Assembly (NCBI GenBank): GCA_027858615.1
Contig: JAQICJ010000302.1
Coordinates: 1-50,281 of the forward strand
Length of the DNA: 50,281 bases
Direction: 5' to 3'
From: Deltaproteobacteria bacterium
Lineage (GTDB): Bacteria; Myxococcota_A; Polyangia; HGW-17
The position numbers and the translations under genes are program-made. Each line of letters begins with the position of its first letter. Positions within the stretch are counted from its first letter, which is position 1. A model generated the notes under the pieces. It was given only the letters and a program-made list of their open reading frames with translations, ran no database searches and was not told the DNA's origin. Shown piece by piece: positions 39,606-49,107 of this stretch.

Positions 39606-40514
39606 ATGTTTTTTCTTTTGCTATCACTGCTGATTTTTTCTAATCCTTCAGAGAAAATAAAAATTTCAATCCGCCAAAACATCACCAAAGAAAATTGCAC
39701 AAAAACTCTTTTCTTCACCTATTTTGCCGAAAATCCTGAATCATTTCTCAATAAACAGGAATTAGAATTTATCAAACATTGTGAACAAAAATTGATCAAT
39801 ACCTCCACAATCAAAAAAGTTGCTCCCCCTTCACCCTTTTTTGGTTTCAAATTTCCTCCAAACTCTCTTAAATTCAAAAGCAACCCACTCGTTCATATTC
39901 CCGGAGGCTCATGGTTTACAGGTTGGATTCCCAGACAACTCCCCTATTTGGAGAAAAAATTGAAAACCATGAAAATCTCCAGGCTTAACCGTAAATTCAA
40001 TCCTGCTAAAACTGGAAAGTGGATTAAGGCCAAAGCTTTTAAAATCACCACCTGGGAAATTTCTCAGAATTCATACAAAACAAAAAAAATTACTTCCAAT
40101 CGCAGCAAAGCCAAAACCAAACTGAGTTTTTCCCAAGCCCAAAATTTCTGCCAGAAACTTGGCGGCAATCTACCCACTGAAATTCAGTGGGAAATTGCTG
40201 CCCGCAGTTCCCAATACCAGAGACTTTTCACCTGGGGTGAAGCGATCCCTCTTAAATGCCAGGAAAAAACAGCTCAGGAATGCAATTCGGGCAAAGCCAG
40301 ATATGATATTTCACCCTGGGGAGTTCAAGGGATGGGCAGTAGAGTTTCCGAATGGGTCAGAGGAGGAAATCCTCCCCAAGGTTATGCTCTAACCAAGGGT
40401 GGAAGCAATAAAAGTTCATATTTCTGGAATATCATCCCCATTAGAAAATTGGAAAAAGTCAATGAAAACAATATCGGGTTCCGTTGTGTTTTTCCAATTA
40501 CCAAAACTCCTTGA
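39606..40514 (+). CDS. Exported FGE-sulfatase (SUMF1/formylglycine-generating-enzyme-like) domain protein
   Basis: Signal-like N-terminus. The C-terminal half has AQNFCQKLGGNLPTEIQWEIAARS...FTWGE...SPWGVQGMGSRVSEWV...TKGGS...IGFRCV, matching the FGE-sulfatase domain pattern. Confidence 0.78.
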   Translation: MFFLLLSLLIFSNPSEKIKISIRQNITKENCTKTLFFTYFAENPESFLNKQELEFIKHCEQKLINTSTIKKVAPPSPFFGFKFPPNSLKFKSNPLVHIPGGSWFTGWIPRQLPYLEKKLKTMKISRLNRKFNPAKTGKWIKAKAFKITTWEISQNSYKTKKITSNRSKAKTKLSFSQAQNFCQKLGGNLPTEIQWEIAARSSQYQRLFTWGEAIPLKCQEKTAQECNSGKARYDISPWGVQGMGSRVSEWVRGGNPPQGYALTKGGSNKSSYFWNIIPIRKLEKVNENNIGFRCVFPITKTP

Positions 40515-40526
40515 AAAGATCCCCCT

Positions 40527-42179
40527 ATGGCAAATTCACCTTGTCCTTTTTGTGGACTGAAAACAAAAGAAGGGGGGGAAAGAGAACATCTTTTCAGCAT
40601 TGACGGCAAACAACCAACCTGGTTAAGTGGCGACAAAAACGGCTGTATTTTTTCCATCAACAAAAATGCAAAAGGTCTGGAATGGGGTATAGTTCTTGAT
40701 CCGGCACTCAAACCCAAACCCAACCTGCAAAGGATCTGCAAACACGAAAAACAACTTGCAGAAAAACAACTTTTAAACAGAATAATCCAACAGCCGGATT
40801 TTCTGTTGATTTCCCATCTCAAGCCCAATTTCTGGATTCCTCTGGCGGCCTGGAAACTAAAATATAAAACCATTTCAGTTGAGCTTTTATGGTCCTGGTT
40901 CAAAATCATTATTTCAAACTGTGCCAGTCTCCATGAACTTAATATCTACCATGGAAATATCTCGGAAGAATCCCTTATTATCAACGAAAGGGGAGAAGGT
41001 AAAATAAACGATTGCCAATTGTCACAACTGGGATTCAACTATTCGATCTCTAAAAATACCGAAGAAAATATCCAATGGGATCTGACCATGATCTCCAATT
41101 TGTTTTTAAATTATCTGGAACAACTTCCGGATAATTTTAAAAACAGATCTTTTAAACATCTCCTTTTGGAAATGGAAACCGGAAAATATAATAATGCCAA
41201 AGCAATAGCCAATGTTATCACACCCTTTGAACGCCTTCATCTATACGCAGCATCCCAAAATAAAACTCAAACAAAAGTCCAGTCAACTCCCTGGAAAAAA
41301 TATCTCCTTTATTCTTTTCCTCTGCTCTTTATTCTTTCTCTGATTATCGCCAATCTGGGTTCACCTGAAAAGGATATGTCCTTTCAACAATACCAACCTT
41401 ATACCCAACCCAAAATTAAAACTAAGCCCAAACCGGCTCTGATTATCGACAGTTACAAAGGTGTCTGGAATAGCCAATTCCCCCTGCACAGAGTTGATAA
41501 AAGTGGTGATCTCTATATTTATCTGAATCTGGAACTGGTTAAAAAATATCAACTTGAAAACATGATGCAAATCTCAAACTTTCTGGGATATAAATTCAAA
41601 TTATCCTGTATTGAAAAATCCCGGGAATGTTTCAGCATCTTCAAATATAATTCAAAGAGAAATTTAATGGTTCTGCGCTTGCTTGCAGAGAAAAAAATTG
41701 TCGAATCCACCAGAAATTCTGCTAATAAATCCCTGGAAAATTCCAAAGCTAATTTCTGGCAAACAACTTATAGGCGCAAACTTAAATTTTTCAGAAATCT
41801 GGAAACTCCGGATTTCCTGATCGGATTGTCAGGAAAATTATTAAAAAAGGTCAATTATAACCCTCGAAACATTCAGAATGAAGTAGCTTTGGTTTATTGG
41901 AAATATCAAGAAGGTAACGTCAGGCGCAAGTCGATCTGGAATTATCTTTTTGGGGGTATCCACCCTTCCAACTGCCTCGTCAGAATCTATCTCAAAAACA
42001 ATACTCCCTACCTTGGATTCAGTGGGTTTTTCCCCAATTCTGCCAATGCCGAGAGTGTAGCTAACCAACTTGATTCCCTGACTAAATCTTATTTTGGAAC
42101 CAGTCTCAAGCAGAGCCAGATTGAAAATAGATTTCTCACAATCAAAATTAAAATATCTAATTTCAAGGATTTATTATGA
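40527..42179 (+). CDS. Membrane protein with N-terminal Zn-ribbon-like CPFCG, a degenerate protein-kinase-like segment, one TM helix and a large extracytoplasmic domain (putative pseudokinase)
   Basis: SNCASLHELNIYHGNISEESLIINERGEGKINDCQL resembles kinase subdomains VIb-VII with HRD changed to HGN and DFG changed to NDC. TM helix YLLYSFPLLFILSLIIANLG. The kinase-like call is tentative. Confidence 0.4.
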   Translation: MANSPCPFCGLKTKEGGEREHLFSIDGKQPTWLSGDKNGCIFSINKNAKGLEWGIVLDPALKPKPNLQRICKHEKQLAEKQLLNRIIQQPDFLLISHLKPNFWIPLAAWKLKYKTISVELLWSWFKIIISNCASLHELNIYHGNISEESLIINERGEGKINDCQLSQLGFNYSISKNTEENIQWDLTMISNLFLNYLEQLPDNFKNRSFKHLLLEMETGKYNNAKAIANVITPFERLHLYAASQNKTQTKVQSTPWKKYLLYSFPLLFILSLIIANLGSPEKDMSFQQYQPYTQPKIKTKPKPALIIDSYKGVWNSQFPLHRVDKSGDLYIYLNLELVKKYQLENMMQISNFLGYKFKLSCIEKSRECFSIFKYNSKRNLMVLRLLAEKKIVESTRNSANKSLENSKANFWQTTYRRKLKFFRNLETPDFLIGLSGKLLKKVNYNPRNIQNEVALVYWKYQEGNVRRKSIWNYLFGGIHPSNCLVRIYLKNNTPYLGFSGFFPNSANAESVANQLDSLTKSYFGTSLKQSQIENRFLTIKIKISNFKDLL

Positions 42180-43015
42180 TTACAAATTTTTCTCTTATTT
42201 TATCTCCCGCCCTCTCTCCCATCTTTCCCTACCTGGAAGCAGGACCGTGGAAATTTGGCCCTTTCACTGTTCATTTTTTTGGATTTTTGGTGGCTCTAGG
42301 GGTATTGACTGCATCCTACTTCATTCAGCGCAGAGCTTTCAAACTCGAACTCAATACCGTTTATTCCTCTGAAATGACTATGTGGGGAATAATTGGAGTT
42401 TTCATCGGAGCCCATCTTTTCGAAATTATTCTCTATCAACCAGAAAAAATTGTTCAAGATCCTCTTATTCTATTGAGAATCTGGGAAGGAATAGCTTCTT
42501 TCGGAGGACTTATCGGTCTGGTCATTGCTGTATTTATCTACACCAGATACAGAAAACTCAATTTTATTCGCTGGTTTGATCTGATTGTCTGGGGCGGCAT
42601 CCATGGCTGGATTCTAGGAAGGACCGGCTGCAGTTTTGCCCATGATCATCCCGGATATTTTACAGATTCCTGGTTTTCCGTGAAATGGCCGGTAAACCAC
42701 GTTGATCAATACTATAATATTCATAATTATCCTGGCAGACACGATCTTGGACTTTATGAACTCCTTTACACCTTTATCATTCTTGGTGTTTTTTATCTTT
42801 TCAACCGCAAAGGAGATAAATTTGCAGGATTCAATATCGCCCTCCTCTTTGTTCTTTATGCTCCCGTCCGCTTTGCCATGGATTTTCTCAGAACTGCCGA
42901 TAAAACATATTTTCTCTTAACCCCTGCTCAATATGCATCTATAATAATGTTTGCCGTCGGCATCACAATTTTTATTTTTAAATCTCCCCTGTTAAATAAA
43001 AACAAGGAGAAATGA
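42176..43015 (+). CDS. lgt: Prolipoprotein diacylglyceryl transferase family protein
   Basis: Polytopic, 279 aa. GPFTVHFFGFLVALGVL, WEGIASFGGLIG and LGRTGCSFAHDHPG fit the Lgt-family variant with GR.GC...HDHPG in place of GRIGNF. Its ATG overlaps the upstream stop (ATGA). Confidence 0.7.
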   Translation: MITNFSLILSPALSPIFPYLEAGPWKFGPFTVHFFGFLVALGVLTASYFIQRRAFKLELNTVYSSEMTMWGIIGVFIGAHLFEIILYQPEKIVQDPLILLRIWEGIASFGGLIGLVIAVFIYTRYRKLNFIRWFDLIVWGGIHGWILGRTGCSFAHDHPGYFTDSWFSVKWPVNHVDQYYNIHNYPGRHDLGLYELLYTFIILGVFYLFNRKGDKFAGFNIALLFVLYAPVRFAMDFLRTADKTYFLLTPAQYASIIMFAVGITIFIFKSPLLNKNKEK

Positions 43016-43018
43016 ATC

Positions 43019-43867
43019 ATGTTCAAATATAGCATTTTTATTATCCTGCTGGTTTCCTGCAAAGAAAAATCTCCAGAGGAAAAAAGTAAAAAAATCCTTA
43101 AAAATATCAAAAACCTGAAAACACTCAATCTTTCAAACCTTAAAAATACTGAAGCCGGTTTAAAACTTGTTCCCAAATTGAAATTAAAAAAAGCTCAAAC
43201 TGCCATTGAAAAAAAAGAGTTTGAAAAAGCTCTGGAAATATATGATGAAATAAGCAAAATGAAAAATATTAACACCCAAACAAGATTGCAAATTTTTGCA
43301 GGAAGAGCTAATTGCTATTTTTATATGAAAAAATATGAAGAAGCTGTTACCGCCTGGGAAAAAGTTATTGCAATCAGAAAAAACAATACTTTTGCCCTGC
43401 GTAATCTGGCTTTTGTTTATCAAGAGTGGGGCAAATTACCCAAAGCCTTTCGTGCTTTGCGCAAAGTTATCGAAATCAAACCTGAAGTTTTGATCAGCAG
43501 AATAGATCTGATAAAAATGATGGAACAAATGGGAAGCAGCAAAGAAGAACTTAAAAAAGAAGTTGATCAATTGTACGCAACCAGAAACAAGTTAGTTGAA
43601 AAATTGAAATCAGACAAAATCGATAAGAAAACTATCTATGAATATCTGGGGATTTTACTGGAAGTTCCCGGAAATAATGAGCTTAACACCCTCAAATTCA
43701 ATACCCTTGAACCTTTTTTAAAACATAAATCTTCACTAATCAGAATACGAACTGGAAAACTGGCTGCCAAAACACAAAAGGGTAAAAAATATCTGGCCCA
43801 AATGGCGGAAAAACAAAAGGATCCTGGAGTTAAAAAAGCCTGGCAGAAAGTACTGAAAGAAGAATAA
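43019..43867 (+). CDS. TPR-repeat lipoprotein
   Basis: Lipobox LLVSC. TPR-like segments (FEKALEIYDEISK..., YEEAVTAWEKVIAIRKNNTFALRNLAFVYQEWGKLPKAFRALRKVIEIKP). Confidence 0.65.
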   Translation: MFKYSIFIILLVSCKEKSPEEKSKKILKNIKNLKTLNLSNLKNTEAGLKLVPKLKLKKAQTAIEKKEFEKALEIYDEISKMKNINTQTRLQIFAGRANCYFYMKKYEEAVTAWEKVIAIRKNNTFALRNLAFVYQEWGKLPKAFRALRKVIEIKPEVLISRIDLIKMMEQMGSSKEELKKEVDQLYATRNKLVEKLKSDKIDKKTIYEYLGILLEVPGNNELNTLKFNTLEPFLKHKSSLIRIRTGKLAAKTQKGKKYLAQMAEKQKDPGVKKAWQKVLKEE

Positions 43868-43868
43868 A

Positions 43869-44573
43869 ATGGCAGTTGTAGTTCTGGACAAAATCAACAA
43901 ATCATTTAACCGGAACCAGGTTCTCTCCAAACTCAGTTTTCAAATTAAAGAAAACCAGATTACCGGGCTGATCGGCAAAAATGGTGCCGGAAAATCAACC
44001 TGCATGAAGATAATCAGTGGTCTACTGGCTCCTGATTCAGGCTCAGTTATTGTTTTGGATAAAAGTCTTTATCCCCACAACCACCTGGTTAAAAAAGAGA
44101 TCGGATACCTTCCTGAAAACAATCCCCTTCCTGATCAGATGAGGGTCAAACATTATCTGGAATTCAGAGGATCTCTCAAACAACTTCGAAAAAAACCCCG
44201 AAAAAATGCCATTGACGAAGTAGTTCAACTGCTCAAACTGGATTCTGTTTATAATTCCTTCATCGGAAATCTCTCAACCGGTTACAGACAAAGAACAGGT
44301 CTGGCCGCTGTGTTTCTGGGCTGGCCCCGTCTTCTCATCCTGGATGAACCAGTGAGGGGCCTTGATCCAGTTCAGATTATTTCATTGAGAAAGATCATCC
44401 TTGAAGCAGCCAAAAAATGCACTTTGATTATATCTTCCCATGGCCTCGATGAACTGGAAAGAATAACCGAGAGGTTTATCTTTCTGCAAAATGGCAAAAT
44501 TGAGCATGATGGTTCCCTTCCAGCAGGGCAATCCTTAAGGGAGTATTTTCTCCAAAGTGAGGAAAACAATTGA
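43869..44573 (+). CDS. ABC transporter ATP-binding protein (GldA/ABC-2 type)
   Basis: Walker A GKNGAGKST, signature LSTGYRQR, Walker B LLILDEP. Confidence 0.9.
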   Translation: MAVVVLDKINKSFNRNQVLSKLSFQIKENQITGLIGKNGAGKSTCMKIISGLLAPDSGSVIVLDKSLYPHNHLVKKEIGYLPENNPLPDQMRVKHYLEFRGSLKQLRKKPRKNAIDEVVQLLKLDSVYNSFIGNLSTGYRQRTGLAAVFLGWPRLLILDEPVRGLDPVQIISLRKIILEAAKKCTLIISSHGLDELERITERFIFLQNGKIEHDGSLPAGQSLREYFLQSEENN

Positions 44574-46744
44574 GTTCAATCATCACTATTGCCCTCAATG
44601 AAATCAAGACATCTTTGCGTTCCTCTTCCTTTTATTTCATGGCTGCCTTGTTCTTGTTCTACCAGGGGATTGTTTTTTCTCTGGCTCTGGTTCAACGGGG
44701 ACATGAACTTTCACCTCCGGGTCCCCTGCTTGCCCCCTATTTTGGTGGCCCTTTCTGGTTCTGGCCTCTGTTGATTCTCATTGTAGTTGAACTTTCCCAC
44801 GGAACAATTGTCAAAGAAAAAGCAAATAACCATCTGGACATCCTTCTGGGGTCCCCCGCTTCTCCGGCAACAACAGGTGTTGGTAAATATCTGGGAATTC
44901 TGGCAATCTGGATTTTGCTCTGGCTTTTCACTCTTCCCATGGTTTCTCTTTTTTTCATCTATCTACCTGCTGATATCAACTACCAGATTTATCCTCTGGT
45001 GTGCGGCTATCTTGGAACTATCCTGGTGGGTGCTGCCGGTCTGGCTCTTGGTCTTTTCTTTTCAACTTCCACCTCAGATTTGAAATTAAGTGGAATGCTG
45101 ACCTTTACCACTTTATTTCTGCTGGTTCTCATCAAAATCATAATCCATCCAACTTTGGGAATTATCAAATCGCCCCTGATAATTTCCCTGCTGCAAAACA
45201 TAAATTTTTTCGAATACATGAAAACTTTTTCCCAGGGAATTATCTCCTTTTACCAGTTGTTTGTTTTGCTGGGCATCATCATTATTCCCCTGCTTGGGAG
45301 CTGTCTTCTTCTAGGCAAAAAGCAATTCAAATATCCTGGACGCAAACTGGTTGATCTGCTGCTGATTTCCATAATTTTCTTCAATCTTGTTTTTTATTTC
45401 AGCAAAAGGGATATTGAAATAATCCCAAGCAGAAACCTCAAAGTAAGCAAAGAATTTACAACTGCTGCCGATAATCTGGAAACACCTGTTCGCATCTATC
45501 TTTTTTATTCGGCTTCAGCCACCTCTTTTGAATTTCTGCCCCTTCCATTAATCAGAGAACAACTTGACAATCTGGCAGCTCAAACTTCAAAAATTCAATG
45601 GGAAGAAATTGTTGCCTCCACTCCCTCTTGGCGGGTCAAACAATTGGCTGAAAAGTTCAAACTCAACCTCAAAATAATTCAAAAAGACTCCTTGGGGCTC
45701 AAAACCGGCAAGATGGTTATCGCTAATTCTCATACCCATAAAACCATCGATTTATCCGATCTGTTCATGATGGACATCAATGATAATAAAATCCATTTCA
45801 AAAGTTTGAGGCTGGAATCCCAATTGATCAGTGCTTTCAACTATCTTGCTAATCCAAAATCTTACAATCTCTGTTTCAGCAGCGGTCATGGTGAATTATC
45901 CATTAACAGAGGTGGAGAATCACACCTGGAGCGTTTTTCCTATTTTCTGGGAAAAAAAGGTTGGAATTTACAGATTCTTGCCCAGATAACCACGGATAAA
46001 ATCAACAAATGTAAAATAATTGCCATCCCCGGAGCCACCGGCGAATTTGCCCCATCTGAAATTCAAACTCTGCTGGATCATGTCAAACAAGGAGGTAATC
46101 TGCTTATTTTTTTGAATGAAAACAAAAAAATCGGTTTTTCCCTGCGTCGATTCCTCCATAATAAACTGGAAGTTAAAATAACCGGCGAAAGAGTTTTTGA
46201 TCAAAATAATTCCCTCAAGCAAAGTGAAGGTTATATCTGGACTGCCAAAGTAAACAACAAACTTGTCAATAAAGAATTGAGATTGATTCTCAGAGCCCCC
46301 AAACTCGTTATCAGCAACAATAAATATCTCTCTTTACTCAGTTCATCCCCCAACAGCCATACCAGAACAGGACAAGGTTTTTATTCCTCCGGTTCTGCTC
46401 GGAGTGACCAAGTTAACAACAATTACGACATAGCTGTTTATGGTATTCCTTTTCCTGGCAACAAAGGCAAAGTGGCCGTCCTCGGTTTTGTTGACAACAT
46501 TAAAAACCATAATCTTGACCAGGAGGGAGAAAGCCTCGACGGTACCGGTGAATTAATCTCCATCATTCTTGATAAAATGATAGGCAAAAAATATGTAAAT
46601 CCGGTTAATCCCAAAAAGATTAAACATTACCAATTAGCGCTAAAGTCTTCGAGCATCAACGCTATTCAAATTTTCAGCCTTATTTTGATGCCCCTTTTAT
46701 TCATAACAATCGGAATTTGGATCGGCTGGAAAAACAGAAGATGA
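44570..46744 (+). CDS. Fused ABC-2 permease (GldF-like, about 250 aa, 6 TM) and GldG-like auxiliary domain with C-terminal TM anchor
   Basis: TTG start overlapping the ATPase stop. The polytopic N-terminal third is followed by a large soluble domain and a terminal TM helix (IFSLILMPLLFITIGIWIGW), the architecture of GldG-family proteins. Confidence 0.65.
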   Translation: MSSIITIALNEIKTSLRSSSFYFMAALFLFYQGIVFSLALVQRGHELSPPGPLLAPYFGGPFWFWPLLILIVVELSHGTIVKEKANNHLDILLGSPASPATTGVGKYLGILAIWILLWLFTLPMVSLFFIYLPADINYQIYPLVCGYLGTILVGAAGLALGLFFSTSTSDLKLSGMLTFTTLFLLVLIKIIIHPTLGIIKSPLIISLLQNINFFEYMKTFSQGIISFYQLFVLLGIIIIPLLGSCLLLGKKQFKYPGRKLVDLLLISIIFFNLVFYFSKRDIEIIPSRNLKVSKEFTTAADNLETPVRIYLFYSASATSFEFLPLPLIREQLDNLAAQTSKIQWEEIVASTPSWRVKQLAEKFKLNLKIIQKDSLGLKTGKMVIANSHTHKTIDLSDLFMMDINDNKIHFKSLRLESQLISAFNYLANPKSYNLCFSSGHGELSINRGGESHLERFSYFLGKKGWNLQILAQITTDKINKCKIIAIPGATGEFAPSEIQTLLDHVKQGGNLLIFLNENKKIGFSLRRFLHNKLEVKITGERVFDQNNSLKQSEGYIWTAKVNNKLVNKELRLILRAPKLVISNNKYLSLLSSSPNSHTRTGQGFYSSGSARSDQVNNNYDIAVYGIPFPGNKGKVAVLGFVDNIKNHNLDQEGESLDGTGELISIILDKMIGKKYVNPVNPKKIKHYQLALKSSSINAIQIFSLILMPLLFITIGIWIGWKNRR

Positions 46745-46793
46745 ATTCCAAAACAGAAACCAATTCATCCTGAACTAAAAATGGTTTAAATCT

Positions 46794-48998
46794 ATGACAG
46801 AAGAACACAAGCAACAAAAAGCAAACCAAAATAAAGCCAAAGAAAAATCTGAACCTTCCATAAAATTTCACTCACGCTTGGGACAAGGGCACAAAGGTTT
46901 TTTTTCCCGTGGTCGTTTGCTTCTTTTTGTACTGGTAATCCTGAGTTTTATCTTTGTCTACTACAGGTCTTCCTCTCTGAAAAACGACAACCCTGTAAAA
47001 GTTTTCAAAAATGTTGATAAACTGATCGAAATAAAATGGCAAAAGGGGGAAACCACCTCCAAAATTCAATTGAAGAATGAAAAATGGCAGATCATTTCCA
47101 AAGAAGGAGCTTTTCCTCTTAAACAGAATAATATCAATAACTACCTTGATTTTCTGACTGAATTGGAAGCTCCCCGTTCATCTTTACAAGTTCAACCTCA
47201 ATTATTTTCCCAACTAACACTTGAAACTCAACAATACAGCCATACATTAAAAGTTTTCAAATATGAAAATCAATTTTTTCTGAGCAATTCTGAAAAGAGT
47301 TTTCAACTTACCAATCAGCAATATACCAGGCTGTTTCCCAATTTTTCCTCTTGGATTCGCAGAGTCATTCTACCCCAGGATCTCAGTGAAATTGAAAAGA
47401 TAAAATTATATGTACAAACTGCTGACGGGAAAAGGAGATATCTTGTAACCAGACACAATAACTGGTGGATAATGGGGAAAAAGAAAAGACACCATACCAA
47501 TACCCGTTTTTTCAACCAATACCTTGAAACTATCAAAAAAATATCCATGCAAAAATTACTGAAAACCGGATTTGTGCCTCAAAAAACACCGCTGGTAAAA
47601 ATTTCTCTGAAAAATAAACAGGAGATAGAAATTTTTGATTATCAACTGGGGTATTGCGCTGAAAAACTGACCGGTCGGGCAATAAAGTCTCATGCTGACA
47701 AAATCACCACTTTTTGTACCGATCAAAACCTGAAAAATAAACTTGTACCCACCCTGCCGCAGCTTCTAGAGCCCAGAATTCTACCCTTCCCCCCTGCTTC
47801 TCCCTGGATTGAAGTTGAGGTAGAACACAATCCTCAATCACGATTCAAACTGATCTACTCCCAAAAGCATCAATGGGAGCTTTATTGCAACAACAGCAAA
47901 AGAAAAATTGATAAAAAATCAGGAACTGAATGGATAAGAGCTCTCAACAACTCCTTGATCAATAAAATTATTGACAAATCAGAATTCAACAACCAGCTTT
48001 TTTCTCTCAAATTTACCAGCCAAAAAGGGGTTGAATGGAGAATTAAAGTAGGAAAAACCCAGGACGGTTCACCGGTAATAATCAGAGAAGGTGAAGATAT
48101 TGCCGGTTTGATCAGACAAAACATTTATATTCTCCTCCAAAAACAGTGTATCCATTTCACCAATCGACATCTGCTTCCAGAAAGAGAAATTACTTCCATT
48201 GTCAGAAAAGGATTGGGGCAGACAGAAATACTGGAAATAATGAAAAATAAGGTAATTATTTCCAAGCCATTGTCTTTACCTTATTTTCCTGGATATTTGC
48301 AAGAAGTTCTGACCAAAATCAAGGAAGCTAAAGTAGAAACTTTTCTGCCGAGATCCAAAATTAAAGAAAAACTTGATAAATACAATTCTGCCAAATCACC
48401 TGAGAAGACAAAAAGTTCAAAATTTTTACCTCGAAATTCTTCGGGAACAGAACTTTTACTTAATCAGAAAAACAGTCTTCAATTCTCAATTCACAGCTCA
48501 AACCAGAAAATTACCGAATTTTATCTACACAAAAAACTTCCTCTGGGTAAATATACAAGTAAAAACTTCCAAAATAATTTTTTCTCTCTCAATGACAAAC
48601 TGCATGAAGTCTTGATAAAACCCTGGATTCCCAACAAAATATTTTCCTTTGATCCCCTGGAATCCACAAAAATTGAATTTAAAAATAACACCCTGCTTCA
48701 AAAAAACGATTATTGGTTGCTCACTCAAAATAACGGAACCAAAAAAATCATTACCACAGCAAAAATGAACAATCATTTACAACAATTCATCAATATTTTA
48801 ACCAGAATAAAAGTACTGAGTTATGCAGATAAATTGGAAAAAATAGATTTCACTCTTGTTTTTTTCTCAGAAAACAATAGAAACCAACACATTGAAGTTC
48901 ATAAAGTTAAAGATGGCTACTTCCTTAAAAATCAACTCTGGCCAGCAATTTTTCAGATTAAAACCCAGAAAGATATTTTTAAACCCTTAAAATTTTAG
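46794..48998 (+). CDS. Large membrane-anchored protein, DUF4340-like (commonly follows GldG-type genes)
   Basis: 734 aa with an N-terminal anchor (LLLFVLVILSFIFVYY) and repeated beta-rich segments. The family call rests mainly on position and architecture. Confidence 0.45.
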   Translation: MTEEHKQQKANQNKAKEKSEPSIKFHSRLGQGHKGFFSRGRLLLFVLVILSFIFVYYRSSSLKNDNPVKVFKNVDKLIEIKWQKGETTSKIQLKNEKWQIISKEGAFPLKQNNINNYLDFLTELEAPRSSLQVQPQLFSQLTLETQQYSHTLKVFKYENQFFLSNSEKSFQLTNQQYTRLFPNFSSWIRRVILPQDLSEIEKIKLYVQTADGKRRYLVTRHNNWWIMGKKKRHHTNTRFFNQYLETIKKISMQKLLKTGFVPQKTPLVKISLKNKQEIEIFDYQLGYCAEKLTGRAIKSHADKITTFCTDQNLKNKLVPTLPQLLEPRILPFPPASPWIEVEVEHNPQSRFKLIYSQKHQWELYCNNSKRKIDKKSGTEWIRALNNSLINKIIDKSEFNNQLFSLKFTSQKGVEWRIKVGKTQDGSPVIIREGEDIAGLIRQNIYILLQKQCIHFTNRHLLPEREITSIVRKGLGQTEILEIMKNKVIISKPLSLPYFPGYLQEVLTKIKEAKVETFLPRSKIKEKLDKYNSAKSPEKTKSSKFLPRNSSGTELLLNQKNSLQFSIHSSNQKITEFYLHKKLPLGKYTSKNFQNNFFSLNDKLHEVLIKPWIPNKIFSFDPLESTKIEFKNNTLLQKNDYWLLTQNNGTKKIITTAKMNNHLQQFINILTRIKVLSYADKLEKIDFTLVFFSENNRNQHIEVHKVKDGYFLKNQLWPAIFQIKTQKDIFKPLKF

Positions 48999-49046
48999 TA
49001 TTACTTCAAAATTTTACTATTTAATCCTTCTGATTTTTCATTTTTT

Positions 49047-49068
49047 CCCCGACCCGGTCACAACTTTT
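49047..49068 (+). repeat. Upstream copy of a pyrimidine-rich / GACCSGGTC motif flanking trpS (CCCCGACCCGGTCACAACTTTT)
   Basis: Compare 50119-50137, TCCCTGACCGGGTCGAGTTTT. Both are preceded by T/C-rich runs. Confidence 0.35.
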
Positions 49069-49107
49069 CTGAATTAAACTTTCAATCCTTCGACTCTAGG
49101 AGTTTTT

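Noticed and set aside
40382-40909. 175-aa minus-strand ORF
   Set aside because: It overlaps the ends of two tightly spaced + strand genes and has Cys/Ser-rich shadow-ORF composition.
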